A DNA stretch of 64,000 nucleotides. It comes from an uncultured delta proteobacterium. GTDB lineage: Bacteria; Desulfobacterota; Binatia; UBA9968. The notes under the pieces are model-generated. The model was not told where the DNA came from. It did no database searches and saw nothing but the letters and a program-made list of their open reading frames with translations. The stretch covers positions 497,742 through 561,741 of the forward strand of contig CAVUZH010000016.1 of assembly GCA_963745835.1 (NCBI GenBank), written 5' to 3'. Both the position numbers and the translations under genes were made by a program. Of the stretch, positions 10,880 through 20,654 are shown one piece after another. Numbering within the stretch: position 1 is the first letter of the stretch; the number at the start of each line of letters is the position of its first letter.

Positions 10880-11759
10880 CTAAGCCAATTTTCCCGGATC
10901 TTTGTAATAGTTCTTATAATACCACTCGGCGATTTCTCCACTGGTTGTGCGCCAGACGCCGTCATGAGAGCAAATGTAGTCGAGCGCCTTCTCCAGATAG
11001 GAAATTCGAAACGGCAGGCCGATGACGAACGGATGCAGCGGCAGGCAAAGCACCCGGCCGCCGGAAAGGCTGTCTCGGTAAAGCGTGTCAAAGTGATCGC
11101 ACACCATCCGGTAATATTGTTCGGCCGTGTGGTTCTCGCGATTGAAGACCCGGATGTCGTTAACACCGAGCTCATAGGGCACGACGATCATTCTTCCTGT
11201 CTTCACCCGCATCGGTGTGGGCTGCTCGTCGTTGCCCCAATCGCAAACGTATTCGAATCCTTCGGCGGCGAGATGATCCGGCGTGTCGAATGTCTCGCCC
11301 AGTCCGGGACCTAGCCAGCCTTTCGGCTCTTTGCCCGTCGATGCAGTGATAATCTCTTTAACCTTGTGGATGATGCCACGCTCTTCATCAACCGAGTAAT
11401 CGAGCATCGACACGCTGTTGGTCAAACCGTGTCCGAGCCATTCCCAGTTCCGTTTATTGCCTTCTGCAATAATCTCGGGATGGTGTTCGCAAACCTCGGC
11501 ATTGAGCAGAACGCTGGCACGTATTCCGAATTTATCGAGCACATTCATGATCCGGAATACGCCCACCCGTGATCCATAGTCGCGCAGAGTATAGCCCGGC
11601 ACGTCCGGCTTATGATTGCTGCCTGAGCCGCGAATCGGCATGTCGAAATGAAAGTATTCAATATTGGGCGCCACCCAGAGGGCGATGCGGCCATTGTCGG
11701 GCCAGGCGATTTTTTCTCGACCGGATGATCGGACTGTAATCGTAGCGCGGATTTTTCAT
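10880..11759 (-). CDS. Polysaccharide-deacetylase-fold hydrolase (PuuE/allantoinase-like); frameshift near the N-terminus
   Basis: MKNPRYDYSPII.../WPDNGRIALWVAPNIEYF, DYGSRVGVFR, EWLGHG, PKGWLGPGL, LHPFVIG. Confidence 0.85.
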
Positions 11760-11855
11760 TGATCGCTTACTCCTTCGCGATAACTAATTAGTCTGGTTAG
11801 AAAGTAAAGTACGTCATTCACAGATACTTGTCGCGGTTCTTCTACAAATATTCAT

Positions 11856-11885
11856 TTGACACATCATTGCGGCGTTTGCTACAAG
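11856..11885 (+). promoter_or_regulatory. Putative sigma70 promoter of the symporter operon
   Basis: TTGACA-18 bp-TACAAG with an extended -10 TG. Confidence 0.4.
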
Positions 11886-12066
11886 CCGTCCAGAGCCCGT
11901 TCACTGCGTTTCGCATGGCCATCTCTAAAAGCTGTGGCGCAGTGATGATCCCCACCCCAAAGCGTGGCGGCCCGGTGCAGGCGCACGCTTTGAAAGGCTT
12001 ACATCTGCCGCTATGACCGGTTTGGCTTCAAGGTGACAGGAAACGATTAGCATCGAGGAGGTGCTC

Positions 12067-12337
12067 ATGGCCGATCTCACAGAGGAGCAGCGAAAGTCGT
12101 ATTGGCGTTACAACATCAAACTCACCACCATTCTCCTGGTCATTTGGTTCGTCGTGACCTACCTTATCTCCGGACTCTGGGCGGGTTGGCTCAATCAGTT
12201 CTCGTTTCCTAGGATTCCCACTCGGCTACTACATGGCGGCGCAGGGATCGCTGGCGATCTTCGTCATCGAGATCGCGGTGTATGCCTATCTGATGAACAA
12301 GCTCGACAAAGAGTACGGCATTGTGGAGGGAGATTGA
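12067..12337 (+). CDS. DUF4212 small membrane subunit of a solute:sodium symporter (frameshift near 12207)
   Basis: YWRYNIKLT..LLVIWFVV...LNQFSF / LGFPLGYYMAAQGSLAIFV...YAYLMNKLDKEYG. AGGAGG RBS. Confidence 0.85.
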
Positions 12338-12339
12338 CC

Positions 12340-14269
12340 ATGAGCCTGGCAAAAATCTTCACTTATTACACCATCGGATTTATTGGCGTAACGATTCTGA
12401 TCGGCATTGCCGAACAGTTGTTTGGTTTGCCGCCTAATTGGATCGGTTGGATCTTTATGGGCCTGTCGCTGGGTATCTATATCGTTATCGGAATCGTCAC
12501 CCGCACTTCCAACCCCGACCAATACTATGTCGCTGGACGGGGCGTTCCCTCCGTCTTTAACGGCATGGCCACCGGTTCCGATTGGATGTCGGCCGCTTCT
12601 TTTATCTCGATGGCCGGGGCGCTTTCGGCACAAGGCTTCGCCGGTCTCGCTTACGTCATGGGTTGGACCGGCGGTTATTTATTACTCGCTGTCTTTCTCG
12701 GCCCTTACTTGCGCCAGTTCGGCGCCTATACCATTCCGGATTTTCTCGGCGCGCGTTACGGCGGCAATTTCGCCAGAATCATCGGCGTCGTCGCCGCGAT
12801 CGCCTGCTCGTTTACCTACCTGATCGCCCAGGTGACCGGCGTCGGCCTGATTGTCTCGCGCTTTATCGGCTTGGATTTCAATATCGGCGTGTTCGTCGGC
12901 CTGATCGGCGTCTTGTTTTGTTCGGTTTTAGGCGGCATGAAGTCCGTGACTTGGACCCAGGTCGCTCAGTACATCATTCTGATCGTTTCCTATCTGGTGC
13001 CGGTAGTCTATCTGTCATACCAGCTTTTCGCGATTCCGATACCCGAGCTGACTTACGGCCGGCGTGCTGCAGACCAATAATGCCAAAGCCATCGAGATCA
13101 CCCGGGATGCCAGGGAGAAGGAGACCCGTGCGCTGTGGGCAAAGGAGGCGGAGCAGGCCAATGCCAAGCTCAAGGCAGGCAACGTCGATGAAGCGACCGC
13201 CGAGAAACTCAAGGCGGACGCAAAAATTGCAACCCAGCAGGCGACCGCCCCCGCAGCCAGCGACGATGCCACGATCGGTCGTTATCTGACAGTGCCAACC
13301 GGCGTCGGCATGTGGAATTTTCTGGCCTTGACCTTTTGTCTGATGGTAGGCACCGCCGGCCTGCCCCATATTCTCACTCGTTATTACACAACGCCGTCCG
13401 TGCGCCAGGCGCGGACATCGGTGGCGTGGTCGCTGTTCTTTATTTTCCTGCTCTATTTCACTGCGCCGGCCTATGCGGCTTTCGCCCGGTTTGTCATTTA
13501 CGCGCGCTTGGTCGGAACGCAGATTGCCGAGTTACCGCGTTGGGTAACGCTTTGGCAGCCCGCCGGTCTTTTCGAGGTCATCGATAAAAACGGCGATGGC
13601 ATCGTTCAGTGGGCGGACTTCGTGGTCAAATCCACCGACTTCGTCGTCTTGTCGATGCCGGAGGTCGCCGGCCTGCCGTTTGTCATCACCGGCCTGGTGA
13701 TGGCCGGCGGCCTGGCGGCGGCGCTGTCTACGGCAGACGGCTTGCTGTTGACCATCGCCAACGCCTTCTCACACGATCTCTACTATAACGTCATCGATCC
13801 CCAAGCGTCGCTGGCCAAAAGGCTCATGATCACCAAGGTTTTGCTGGTAATAACCGCGCTGGTAGCGGCTTGGGTGTCAACTTTCCGTGTCGCCATCATA
13901 GTCGAGCTGGTCGCGTGGGCTTTTAGTTTGGCGGGCGCATCCTTCTTTCCCGCTCTGGTCATGGGCATCTGGTGGCGTCGCGCCAACAAGGCCGGGGCTT
14001 GCGCCGGCATGATCGCGGGTCTCGCGGTGACCGCCTATTATATGATCGGCAGCCGCTTCTACGGCATTTCATGGTTTGGCACTCAGACCATTGCCTCGGC
14101 GGTTTTCGGACTACCGGTAGGTTTCCTGACGATCTGGATCGTGTCGCTCTTGACCGAGGCGCCACCCAAGCCTGTTCAGGATCTGGTGGCAAGCGTTCGT
14201 TATCCCAAATCCGGGCAGGCTATAACCTCCGATCCATTAGGCCGCGGGGTACCGATCGGCGCGCGCTAG
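12340..14269 (+). CDS. Cation/monocarboxylate symporter, ActP-like (VC_2705 subfamily SSS); frameshift near 13060
   Basis: YYVAGR..NGMATGSDWMSAASFISMAG, GGMKSVTWTQVAQY, GTAGLPHILTRYYT, AALSTADGLLL. Confidence 0.9.
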
Positions 14270-14314
14270 AGTTGTGTCCACGCGAGGGACGAGGAGACCT
14301 CGCGTGGACTTTTT

Positions 14315-14611
14315 ATGAACGGATTTGTCTTGCAGCTGGTCGTCCTCCTGCGCTTTATCTGTTTCATCGCCCTATTCTATTTGATGCTGCATATCCTGGT
14401 GTCGCGGATCATCAAAAGACCCGAACACAAAGTTCTTTGGTTTTTCTCGGTATTGACCGGGCCGCTTACTCGACCCGTCAGAGTTTGGCTTTCGGGCGAC
14501 GTGCCTGAACAGCGATTGCGATGGATAGCCTTGATGTTCTACGGAGTGCTGTGGCTGGTTGCCGTCGCGCTGACCAGACTGTTATCCGGTTCATCGCCAC
14601 AGTCGCTTTAA
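14315..14611 (+). CDS. Small membrane protein (YggT-like topology), function unknown
   Basis: 98 aa with hydrophobic helices and an LTGPLTRPVR motif; lies inside the symporter operon. Confidence 0.65.
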   Translation: MNGFVLQLVVLLRFICFIALFYLMLHILVSRIIKRPEHKVLWFFSVLTGPLTRPVRVWLSGDVPEQRLRWIALMFYGVLWLVAVALTRLLSGSSPQSL

Positions 14612-14620
14612 GCCGATTGA

Positions 14621-16027
14621 ATGTCCGCCTCTCTCCTCACCGATTCCGCGTATAATTTAAACCTGCCCGTCAAGCATCTGATCAAGCGCGCGCCGGTCTT
14701 CATCGATGCCGATGCGTCCGTGGCAGCGGCGGCCTCGACGATGCAACAAGCCGGAATCGGCTCGGTACTGATCGCAGGCGATTTGCCCGGGATTATCACC
14801 GATCGCGATCTCCGCGGCCGCGTGTTGGCGGCAGGCCTCGGTCCGGATGCGCGTGTCAGTCAAGTGATGTCACGGCCGGTGAAGACAATCGATGCCAACG
14901 CGCCGATCTTTGCCGCTTTACAACTCATGCTGGAGAATAACATTCACCACTTGGCCGTCGTCGATGCGGCATCGATTACCGGGGTTATCAGCGGCACCGA
15001 TCTTCTGCGTCACCAGATCAACAATCCGCTGTACCTCCGGCGCACCTTGGATCAACTCCAAGAACCGTCGGCACTGGGTAATTATGCGAGCGAGATTGCA
15101 GCATTGGTCGAAAAGCTTTTCACCGGCGGTGTGTCGGCCACTGAGATCGGCCGGATCGTCTCCAGCCTCAATGATGCTCTGGTGAGGCGGTTGGTCTATC
15201 TTGGCGAACAGAGTCTTGGCGCGCCACCGGCGCCATTTGCATGGATCGTCTTCGGCTCTGAAGGACGATTGGAACAAGCCTTACTGACTGACCAGGACAA
15301 TGCGTTGGTCTATGAGAGCGAATCTGCAGCGGCGCAAAATTACTTCACAGCCTTGGCGAAATATATTGTGGAGGCGCTGATCCAAGTCGGCTTTCCGCCT
15401 TGCGCGGGAGGCTACATGGCAACCAAATGGTGCAAGCCGTTAAACGAATGGCAAGGGCTTTTTATCCGCAATATACAAACCCCCGAACCGCAAGCGCTGT
15501 TAGAGAGCGCGATTTTCTTCGACTTCCGCGCGGTAGCCGGTGATCTCTCTTTGACACCTTTGGAAAAAACACTTGCGGGCGCGCGCCATGAAAAGCTCTT
15601 CTTATCGCACATGATTCGCGGAGCCCTTGAACTTCGCCCGCCACTGGGCTTCTTCAACAGAATTCGCGCTGAGAACGGCAAAGTGGATCTGAAAAAAGGC
15701 GGCATCGGACCGATCGTGGCTTTGGCACGCGCCGCTGCGCTGTGCGCCGGTTCACATGAGCGTCCCACGCTCGCGAGATTGGAAGCAGCCGGCGCGACGG
15801 GCTCACTCCTCAATGACGAAAACGCTCGCACGCTGAGCGAGATATTTTCTTTTCTCCTGCACCTGCGGCTGCGCCGGCAACTCACTGCTTATCGTCATAA
15901 ACAGCCCCTTGATCATGCGATCATCCTAGCAGAGCTATCGACTTTGGAGCGGCGCCATTTGCAAGAAGCATTTGTCATGATCAAGCGGATCCAGGACGCG
16001 CTTATGCTTGACAGTGCGTATCCATGA
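14621..16027 (+). CDS. CBS + DUF294 nucleotidyltransferase-like signal-transduction protein
   Basis: CBS pair (GIITDRDLR), GSEGRLEQALLTDQDNAL, IFFDFR, DLKKGG. Confidence 0.9.
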   Translation: MSASLLTDSAYNLNLPVKHLIKRAPVFIDADASVAAAASTMQQAGIGSVLIAGDLPGIITDRDLRGRVLAAGLGPDARVSQVMSRPVKTIDANAPIFAALQLMLENNIHHLAVVDAASITGVISGTDLLRHQINNPLYLRRTLDQLQEPSALGNYASEIAALVEKLFTGGVSATEIGRIVSSLNDALVRRLVYLGEQSLGAPPAPFAWIVFGSEGRLEQALLTDQDNALVYESESAAAQNYFTALAKYIVEALIQVGFPPCAGGYMATKWCKPLNEWQGLFIRNIQTPEPQALLESAIFFDFRAVAGDLSLTPLEKTLAGARHEKLFLSHMIRGALELRPPLGFFNRIRAENGKVDLKKGGIGPIVALARAAALCAGSHERPTLARLEAAGATGSLLNDENARTLSEIFSFLLHLRLRRQLTAYRHKQPLDHAIILAELSTLERRHLQEAFVMIKRIQDALMLDSAYP

Positions 16028-16087
16028 CAATAGATTCGATGACCACGAACAAAGGAGCCGCCTACGTCCAAGCAGCAACAAGAGTCG

Positions 16088-16906
16088 TTGAAAGTCGTGC
16101 CCATCGATGAGGCGCATCCGCCGAGCTCGAACTTGTGGCTGGCGCGCTTGCGTGAGATTGCATCCAACTGGCTTGGAATCATCGGCATCTTAGTATTTTT
16201 TCTAGCTTGGGAAATCGCAACCCGCACCCACATTCTCAATCCGTTTTACTTTCCGCCATTTTCGCAGATCCTCGCCAAAGGCTATGAGCTGTTCGCCAAC
16301 GGATCGATCTGGGAGCACATGCGCTTCAGCCTGACCAATTTCTCCATCGGTTTTCTGATTTCGGTGATACTCGGAGTCGTCATCGGCGTTCCAATGGGCT
16401 GGTATCGCAACCTCAGCAAGGCTTTTGATCCGCTGCTCTCGGGTATTTACGCCACTCCGCTGATTGCCTTGCTACCCTTGATCATCATGGTTTTCGGCCT
16501 GGGCCCGATATCGAAAATCATCATGACGATTCTTGCCGCAGTGTTTCCGATCCTGATCAATACCATGGTGGGCATCGCCAACACGGACCATCGTCTGATT
16601 ACGATGGCGCGTGCCTTCGGCGCCAAGGACAGCACCATCTTTCTCAAAGTCTCGGTTCCGGGATCGCTTCCTTACATTGTCGCCGGCATGCGCGTGGCCC
16701 TGGGCCGCGCCTTGGTCTACATCGTCGTCGCCGAGCAATACGGCGCGGCAACCGGTCTCGGCTATCTGAGCTCAGTGGCGGCGCAACGTTTTCAGATGTC
16801 GGCGATGTTCGTTCCCATCGTTATTATCGCGGTTCTCGGCGCCACTTTGAACGAGCTGCTCAAAGCATTCGAGCAGCGTCTGGAAAAGTGGAAGCCGCAA
16901 AAGTAA
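16088..16906 (+). CDS. ABC transporter permease (SsuC/TauC type); true start may be 16024 with a frameshift
   Basis: PLIALLPL, FPILINT, EAA-like MARAFGAK, PGSLPYIVAGMR, VVAE...GLG. Confidence 0.9.
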   Translation: MKVVPIDEAHPPSSNLWLARLREIASNWLGIIGILVFFLAWEIATRTHILNPFYFPPFSQILAKGYELFANGSIWEHMRFSLTNFSIGFLISVILGVVIGVPMGWYRNLSKAFDPLLSGIYATPLIALLPLIIMVFGLGPISKIIMTILAAVFPILINTMVGIANTDHRLITMARAFGAKDSTIFLKVSVPGSLPYIVAGMRVALGRALVYIVVAEQYGAATGLGYLSSVAAQRFQMSAMFVPIVIIAVLGATLNELLKAFEQRLEKWKPQK

Positions 16907-16942
16907 GCGGCGTGCTCGCGGATTCAACGCAGGAGGAAATCG

Positions 16943-17938
16943 ATGAATGCAGCTAGGATTTCATTACAAACGTTGATGCTGACTCTCTTGATCCTGACAT
17001 TTGGGATTTCGCAGGGCTTGGCTCAGGGAGCGAAAATGAATGTCGGCCAGGCGGGGGTCAATCCGGGCGCCGGCCTTTTCGTCATCGCCGAGAAAGAAAA
17101 CCTGTATAAGAAGCACGGGCTCGATGTCAGCATCGTTAAGACCAATACTACAGCCGCGGTTCAGGCAATGCTCGGCGGGAGCATGCAGATGGCGACCGGC
17201 GCAGGCGCCGCGGCTTTTGTCACCGCGACACTGGAAGGCGCTCCGCCGTTCGTGCTGGTCGGCTCATGGGTCAATGTTTTTCCTTATAAGATCATGGCGC
17301 AGAAAGACATCAAGAAAATCGCCGATCTGAAAGGCAAGACCGGCCATGTCGGCGCGCCGTTCGGTACCATCCCCGACACCGCTCTGAGATTTGCGTTGAA
17401 CCGATTGAAGATCGATCCGGAAAAGGATGTAAAGCTGGTTCAGCATTCCAGCGCCGACCCCGCGAGTATTCTTGCCGCGATGGAAAAGGGCGATGTGCAG
17501 TTCGGCATCTTCGCCCCGCCCTTCGATCTCATCGCCGAAAAACGCGGTTATGAAATGCTGCTCGCGCTACCGGGATTGGGCATCCCATGGCAACAGAACG
17601 GGGAGCTCCTGCCACGCTCGTATTTGAAGACCAACCGCGACAACGTTGTGCGCTTCATGAGAGCCACGACTGAGGCGATGAGGTTCTTTTTCGAACAGAA
17701 AGAAAAAAGTATCAATTACATGGCGCCCTATTTGGGCCGCAGCCGCGAAGAAACCGAATACGCTTATAACATGTATAGAAACTGGGTCGATGTCAGTCCT
17801 CGCCCGAAGATCGAAACGATTCGCACCACATTGGAAGCCATCAAAAAGAATACTCCGAAAGCGGCAAACGCAGACCCGGCCTCCTTTATCGATACCAGTA
17901 TTGTCGATCAGCTGGTCAAAGAAGGTTATGTGAAGTAG
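16943..17938 (+). CDS. ABC substrate-binding protein (NMT1/SsuA-like)
   Basis: Signal peptide; KKHGLDV, DLKGK, IDPEKDV, PASFIDTSIV..L..EG. AGGAGG RBS. Confidence 0.85.
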   Translation: MNAARISLQTLMLTLLILTFGISQGLAQGAKMNVGQAGVNPGAGLFVIAEKENLYKKHGLDVSIVKTNTTAAVQAMLGGSMQMATGAGAAAFVTATLEGAPPFVLVGSWVNVFPYKIMAQKDIKKIADLKGKTGHVGAPFGTIPDTALRFALNRLKIDPEKDVKLVQHSSADPASILAAMEKGDVQFGIFAPPFDLIAEKRGYEMLLALPGLGIPWQQNGELLPRSYLKTNRDNVVRFMRATTEAMRFFFEQKEKSINYMAPYLGRSREETEYAYNMYRNWVDVSPRPKIETIRTTLEAIKKNTPKAANADPASFIDTSIVDQLVKEGYVK

Positions 17939-17989
17939 AGTTCCGTTCCCATTGCCGTAGACTGTATCATCAGAGTGTTAAACTCTCTC

Positions 17990-18124
17990 ACAGGCTGCTC
18001 AAAAAGACTCAAATGCAAGGCGCGCGATCTGAATTATGAAGAATGACATCTGAAAACAAACTCCGGCAGAAGTCTTGTTTAATTTTTCCGCTTTCATCCT
18101 TCCGTTGTCGCTTGAGCAGCCTGT
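17990..18124. mobile_element. MITE-like element with CAGGCTGCT(C/G)AA terminal inverted repeats (copy 1)
   Basis: acaggctgctcaa...ttgagcagcctgt, a 13-bp perfect inverted repeat. Related copy at 35980-36104. Confidence 0.65.
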
Positions 18125-18130
18125 CCTGGT

Positions 18131-18159
18131 TTGACGCTCTTGGGGTGCAGTGTTAGCAT
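18131..18159 (+). promoter_or_regulatory. Putative sigma70 promoter of the LLM gene
   Basis: TTGACG-17 bp-TAGCAT with an extended -10 TG. Confidence 0.55.
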
Positions 18160-18190
18160 CCGAGAGTTGCCCTAAGGAGAAAATGAAGAC

Positions 18191-19327
18191 GTGAAGCTAT
18201 ATAATTTCGATCTCCTCGCCTATCCCCACGTTCCCAAAGACGCTCCGCGCACGCCGGTGCCAAGCAATTTTTTCGATCCGATAAAAGGCGCCGCCAACTA
18301 TGCCGAACACCTCGACGAGATGACCTACTGTGAAGAGCTTGGCCTCGACGGCGTTGTTTTCAATGAGCATCACTATAGTTCCTACGGCACCATGCCGTCG
18401 CCAAATCTTATCGCCGCTGCTTTGAGCCAGAGAACCAAGAAAATCAAAATCGGCGTGCTCGGAAACATTCTTCCGCTGCGCGATCACCCGGTGCGCGTTG
18501 CCGAAGAATACGCGATGATCGACTGCCTTTCGAAGGGCCGGTTGATCGCTGGGTTCGTGCGCGGCATTCCTGCGGAGTATGTATGGTACGGAGTAAATCC
18601 GGAAGAATCCCGCGGGCGATTTCAAGAAGCTTATGATCTGATCATGACCGCTTGGACCAATTCGGTCTGGAGCTTCGAGGGAGAATTTTACAAGCTCAAA
18701 GATTGCGCCATCTGGCCTCGCCCGGTCCAGCAACCCCACCCGCCCATTTGGATTGCTGCGCGTAGCGCGGAGTCCATCGAGTGGTGCGTTAAGCGGCACC
18801 TGCCGTGCGCGCAGGTGTACCAGACCACGGGTCAGATCGAAGATACCTTCAACTACTACCGTAGCAAGGCGAAGGAGGATGGATGGGAAGCCCAGCCGGA
18901 CGATTTTATTCTATGCCGTCACATCTATATCGATGATTCGAACAAGAAAGCTCAAGAGATCGCCGAGCCGGCAATGCGGTATTTTTTCTCCGTCTACAAT
19001 CGGGGCTTTAACGATGCCATTAACCAAGCAGCGGCGGATCAACAGAAACTCCTGGCCAAGCTCACCAGCGAACGCTCTTTCAACTACTTCCGCGAAGGCA
19101 ATCGTTCACGGATCGATTTTTCAACGCTTGGCTGGGACGATTTGGTAAAGAGCGGTTATATGATCGCCGGCGACCCCGACAGCGTTGCGCGCCAGATTCA
19201 CGATCAGATGAAGCAAATCGGCGCGGACCACTTCATGGGCATGTTCCACATCGGTAATCTCGCTCATGAGAAAGTCATTTCTTCTCTCAATCTCTTCAAG
19301 AAAGAAATCATGCCAAGACTGAACTGA
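18191..19327 (+). CDS. LLM-class (luciferase-like) flavin-dependent oxidoreductase
   Basis: FNEHH, PSPNL, HPVRVAEEYAMIDCLSKGR, WPRPVQQPHPPIWIA. Confidence 0.92.
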   Translation: MKLYNFDLLAYPHVPKDAPRTPVPSNFFDPIKGAANYAEHLDEMTYCEELGLDGVVFNEHHYSSYGTMPSPNLIAAALSQRTKKIKIGVLGNILPLRDHPVRVAEEYAMIDCLSKGRLIAGFVRGIPAEYVWYGVNPEESRGRFQEAYDLIMTAWTNSVWSFEGEFYKLKDCAIWPRPVQQPHPPIWIAARSAESIEWCVKRHLPCAQVYQTTGQIEDTFNYYRSKAKEDGWEAQPDDFILCRHIYIDDSNKKAQEIAEPAMRYFFSVYNRGFNDAINQAAADQQKLLAKLTSERSFNYFREGNRSRIDFSTLGWDDLVKSGYMIAGDPDSVARQIHDQMKQIGADHFMGMFHIGNLAHEKVISSLNLFKKEIMPRLN

Positions 19328-19405
19328 CGGCAGAGTCGACCCACTTTCATTATTCGAAGCGTAATGCCTGTGCTCAGTCCCAGGTTTCAACCGGAAGGAG
19401 TTAAG

Positions 19406-20386
19406 ATGAAGCTCTCTTCGATTCTGGTTTCAGCGTTGACGCTCGTGTCGATGCTGATCAGCAGCCCACAAGCAGCGGAGAAGCTCGTCGCCGACTATGG
19501 CGGACTCTCCGGCTTTCAAAGCACTGTGTGGGTGGCAAAGGATCTAAAGATATTCGATAAGCACGGCCTGGATGTCGATGTAATCATGATCAACGGCAGT
19601 GCTCGTTCAGTGGCCGCCCTGCTGGGCGGCAGCACCCAGTTTGCCACAGGCTCGGCAACCGGTCCGATCGTAGCCGCAGCTCGCGGCGCCGACCTAAAAG
19701 TCATCGCCGCTTCGTACAACAAATTTCCTTACGCCTTTATCGTAAAGCCCGAGATTCGCACACCCAAGGATTTGCGCGGCAAGAAAGTTAACATTCTCAA
19801 CTTTGGCGGTTCCAATGATCTTGCCCTTCAGCTGGCGTTGAAGGAATGGGGTTTGAAGCTGCCGGATATTCAAGTCATGATCGGCGGCGATGCGCCTACC
19901 CGTCTCGCATCGCTGATGACGGGCCGAACTGACGCCACGATACTTTCACCGCCGCATCTGACGAAGGCGGTTCAGGCGGGCTATCGGGTATTAGCCGATA
20001 TGGGCGAGATGAGCGCTAACTTCACGCAGTCCTCTCTCTACATCAAAGGCAGTTTTCTTCGGGAAGACCGCGATCGGGTGAAGCGTTTCGTGCGGGCCTA
20101 CTCGGAAGCCGTCCACGCGATGAAGAATGACCGGGAGAGAACCTTGAAGGTGTTTGCCAAACGCATGCGCATTGATGATGCGGAAACGCTTCACTCCACC
20201 TATAATTATTTCGCGCCGCGTTTTTCACTGCCGCCGCGGGTCGACTTATCCGGTGTGCGGGATACGATCAGATTCTATGCCGAACATAATCCAGAACTAA
20301 AGAACCGCACTGCGGAGGAGTTCATCGATCATTCGCTGCTCGATGAGATTGAAAAAGAGGGATTCTTCAAGAAGCTGGGCGGCTAG
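19406..20386 (+). CDS. ABC substrate-binding protein (NMT1/SsuA-like)
   Basis: Signal peptide; WVAKDLKIFDKHGLDV, DLRGKK, ILSPP, EFIDHSLLDEIEKEGF. Confidence 0.88.
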   Translation: MKLSSILVSALTLVSMLISSPQAAEKLVADYGGLSGFQSTVWVAKDLKIFDKHGLDVDVIMINGSARSVAALLGGSTQFATGSATGPIVAAARGADLKVIAASYNKFPYAFIVKPEIRTPKDLRGKKVNILNFGGSNDLALQLALKEWGLKLPDIQVMIGGDAPTRLASLMTGRTDATILSPPHLTKAVQAGYRVLADMGEMSANFTQSSLYIKGSFLREDRDRVKRFVRAYSEAVHAMKNDRERTLKVFAKRMRIDDAETLHSTYNYFAPRFSLPPRVDLSGVRDTIRFYAEHNPELKNRTAEEFIDHSLLDEIEKEGFFKKLGG

Positions 20387-20449
20387 CGCGCATTACTCAC
20401 ACAACAAAGAAACCCAAGAACGCTTTAGGACAAACTGTCCGCGCACGCA

Positions 20450-20618
20450 GAGCGGTGAGGCTGGAGAGGCAAAGGCACGCGAACGTAAAAGTGCAAAGAC
20501 CTCTTGGACGCTTGGCCGAAACTTTCAAAGCCTTTTCCTGCGGTCGCTCCTTTACTGGCAAGTCACGGGCCTCCTCAAGGCACAGACCATTGCCGTAGCC
20601 TTGGAAGCCTCGCCGCTC
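20450..20618 (+). ncRNA. Structured ~170-nt non-coding element, copy 1 (candidate IS110 bridge-RNA-like remnant); strand inferred
   Basis: Terminal IR gagcggtgaggct...agcctcgccgctc. Homologous to the reverse complement of 35749-35915. Confidence 0.5.
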
Positions 20619-20654
20619 GGCAACATATGCACCGCCTTCATAAAGACTGATCCG

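Noticed and set aside
12061-13080. Apparent DUF4212-symporter fusion ORF in the track
   Set aside because: It is produced by an indel near 12207. The small gene has its own stop (12335-12337) and the symporter has its own RBS and ATG (12340).
13580-13625. EF-hand-like DKNGDG loop in the symporter
   Set aside because: This is a common feature of this symporter subfamily, not novel.
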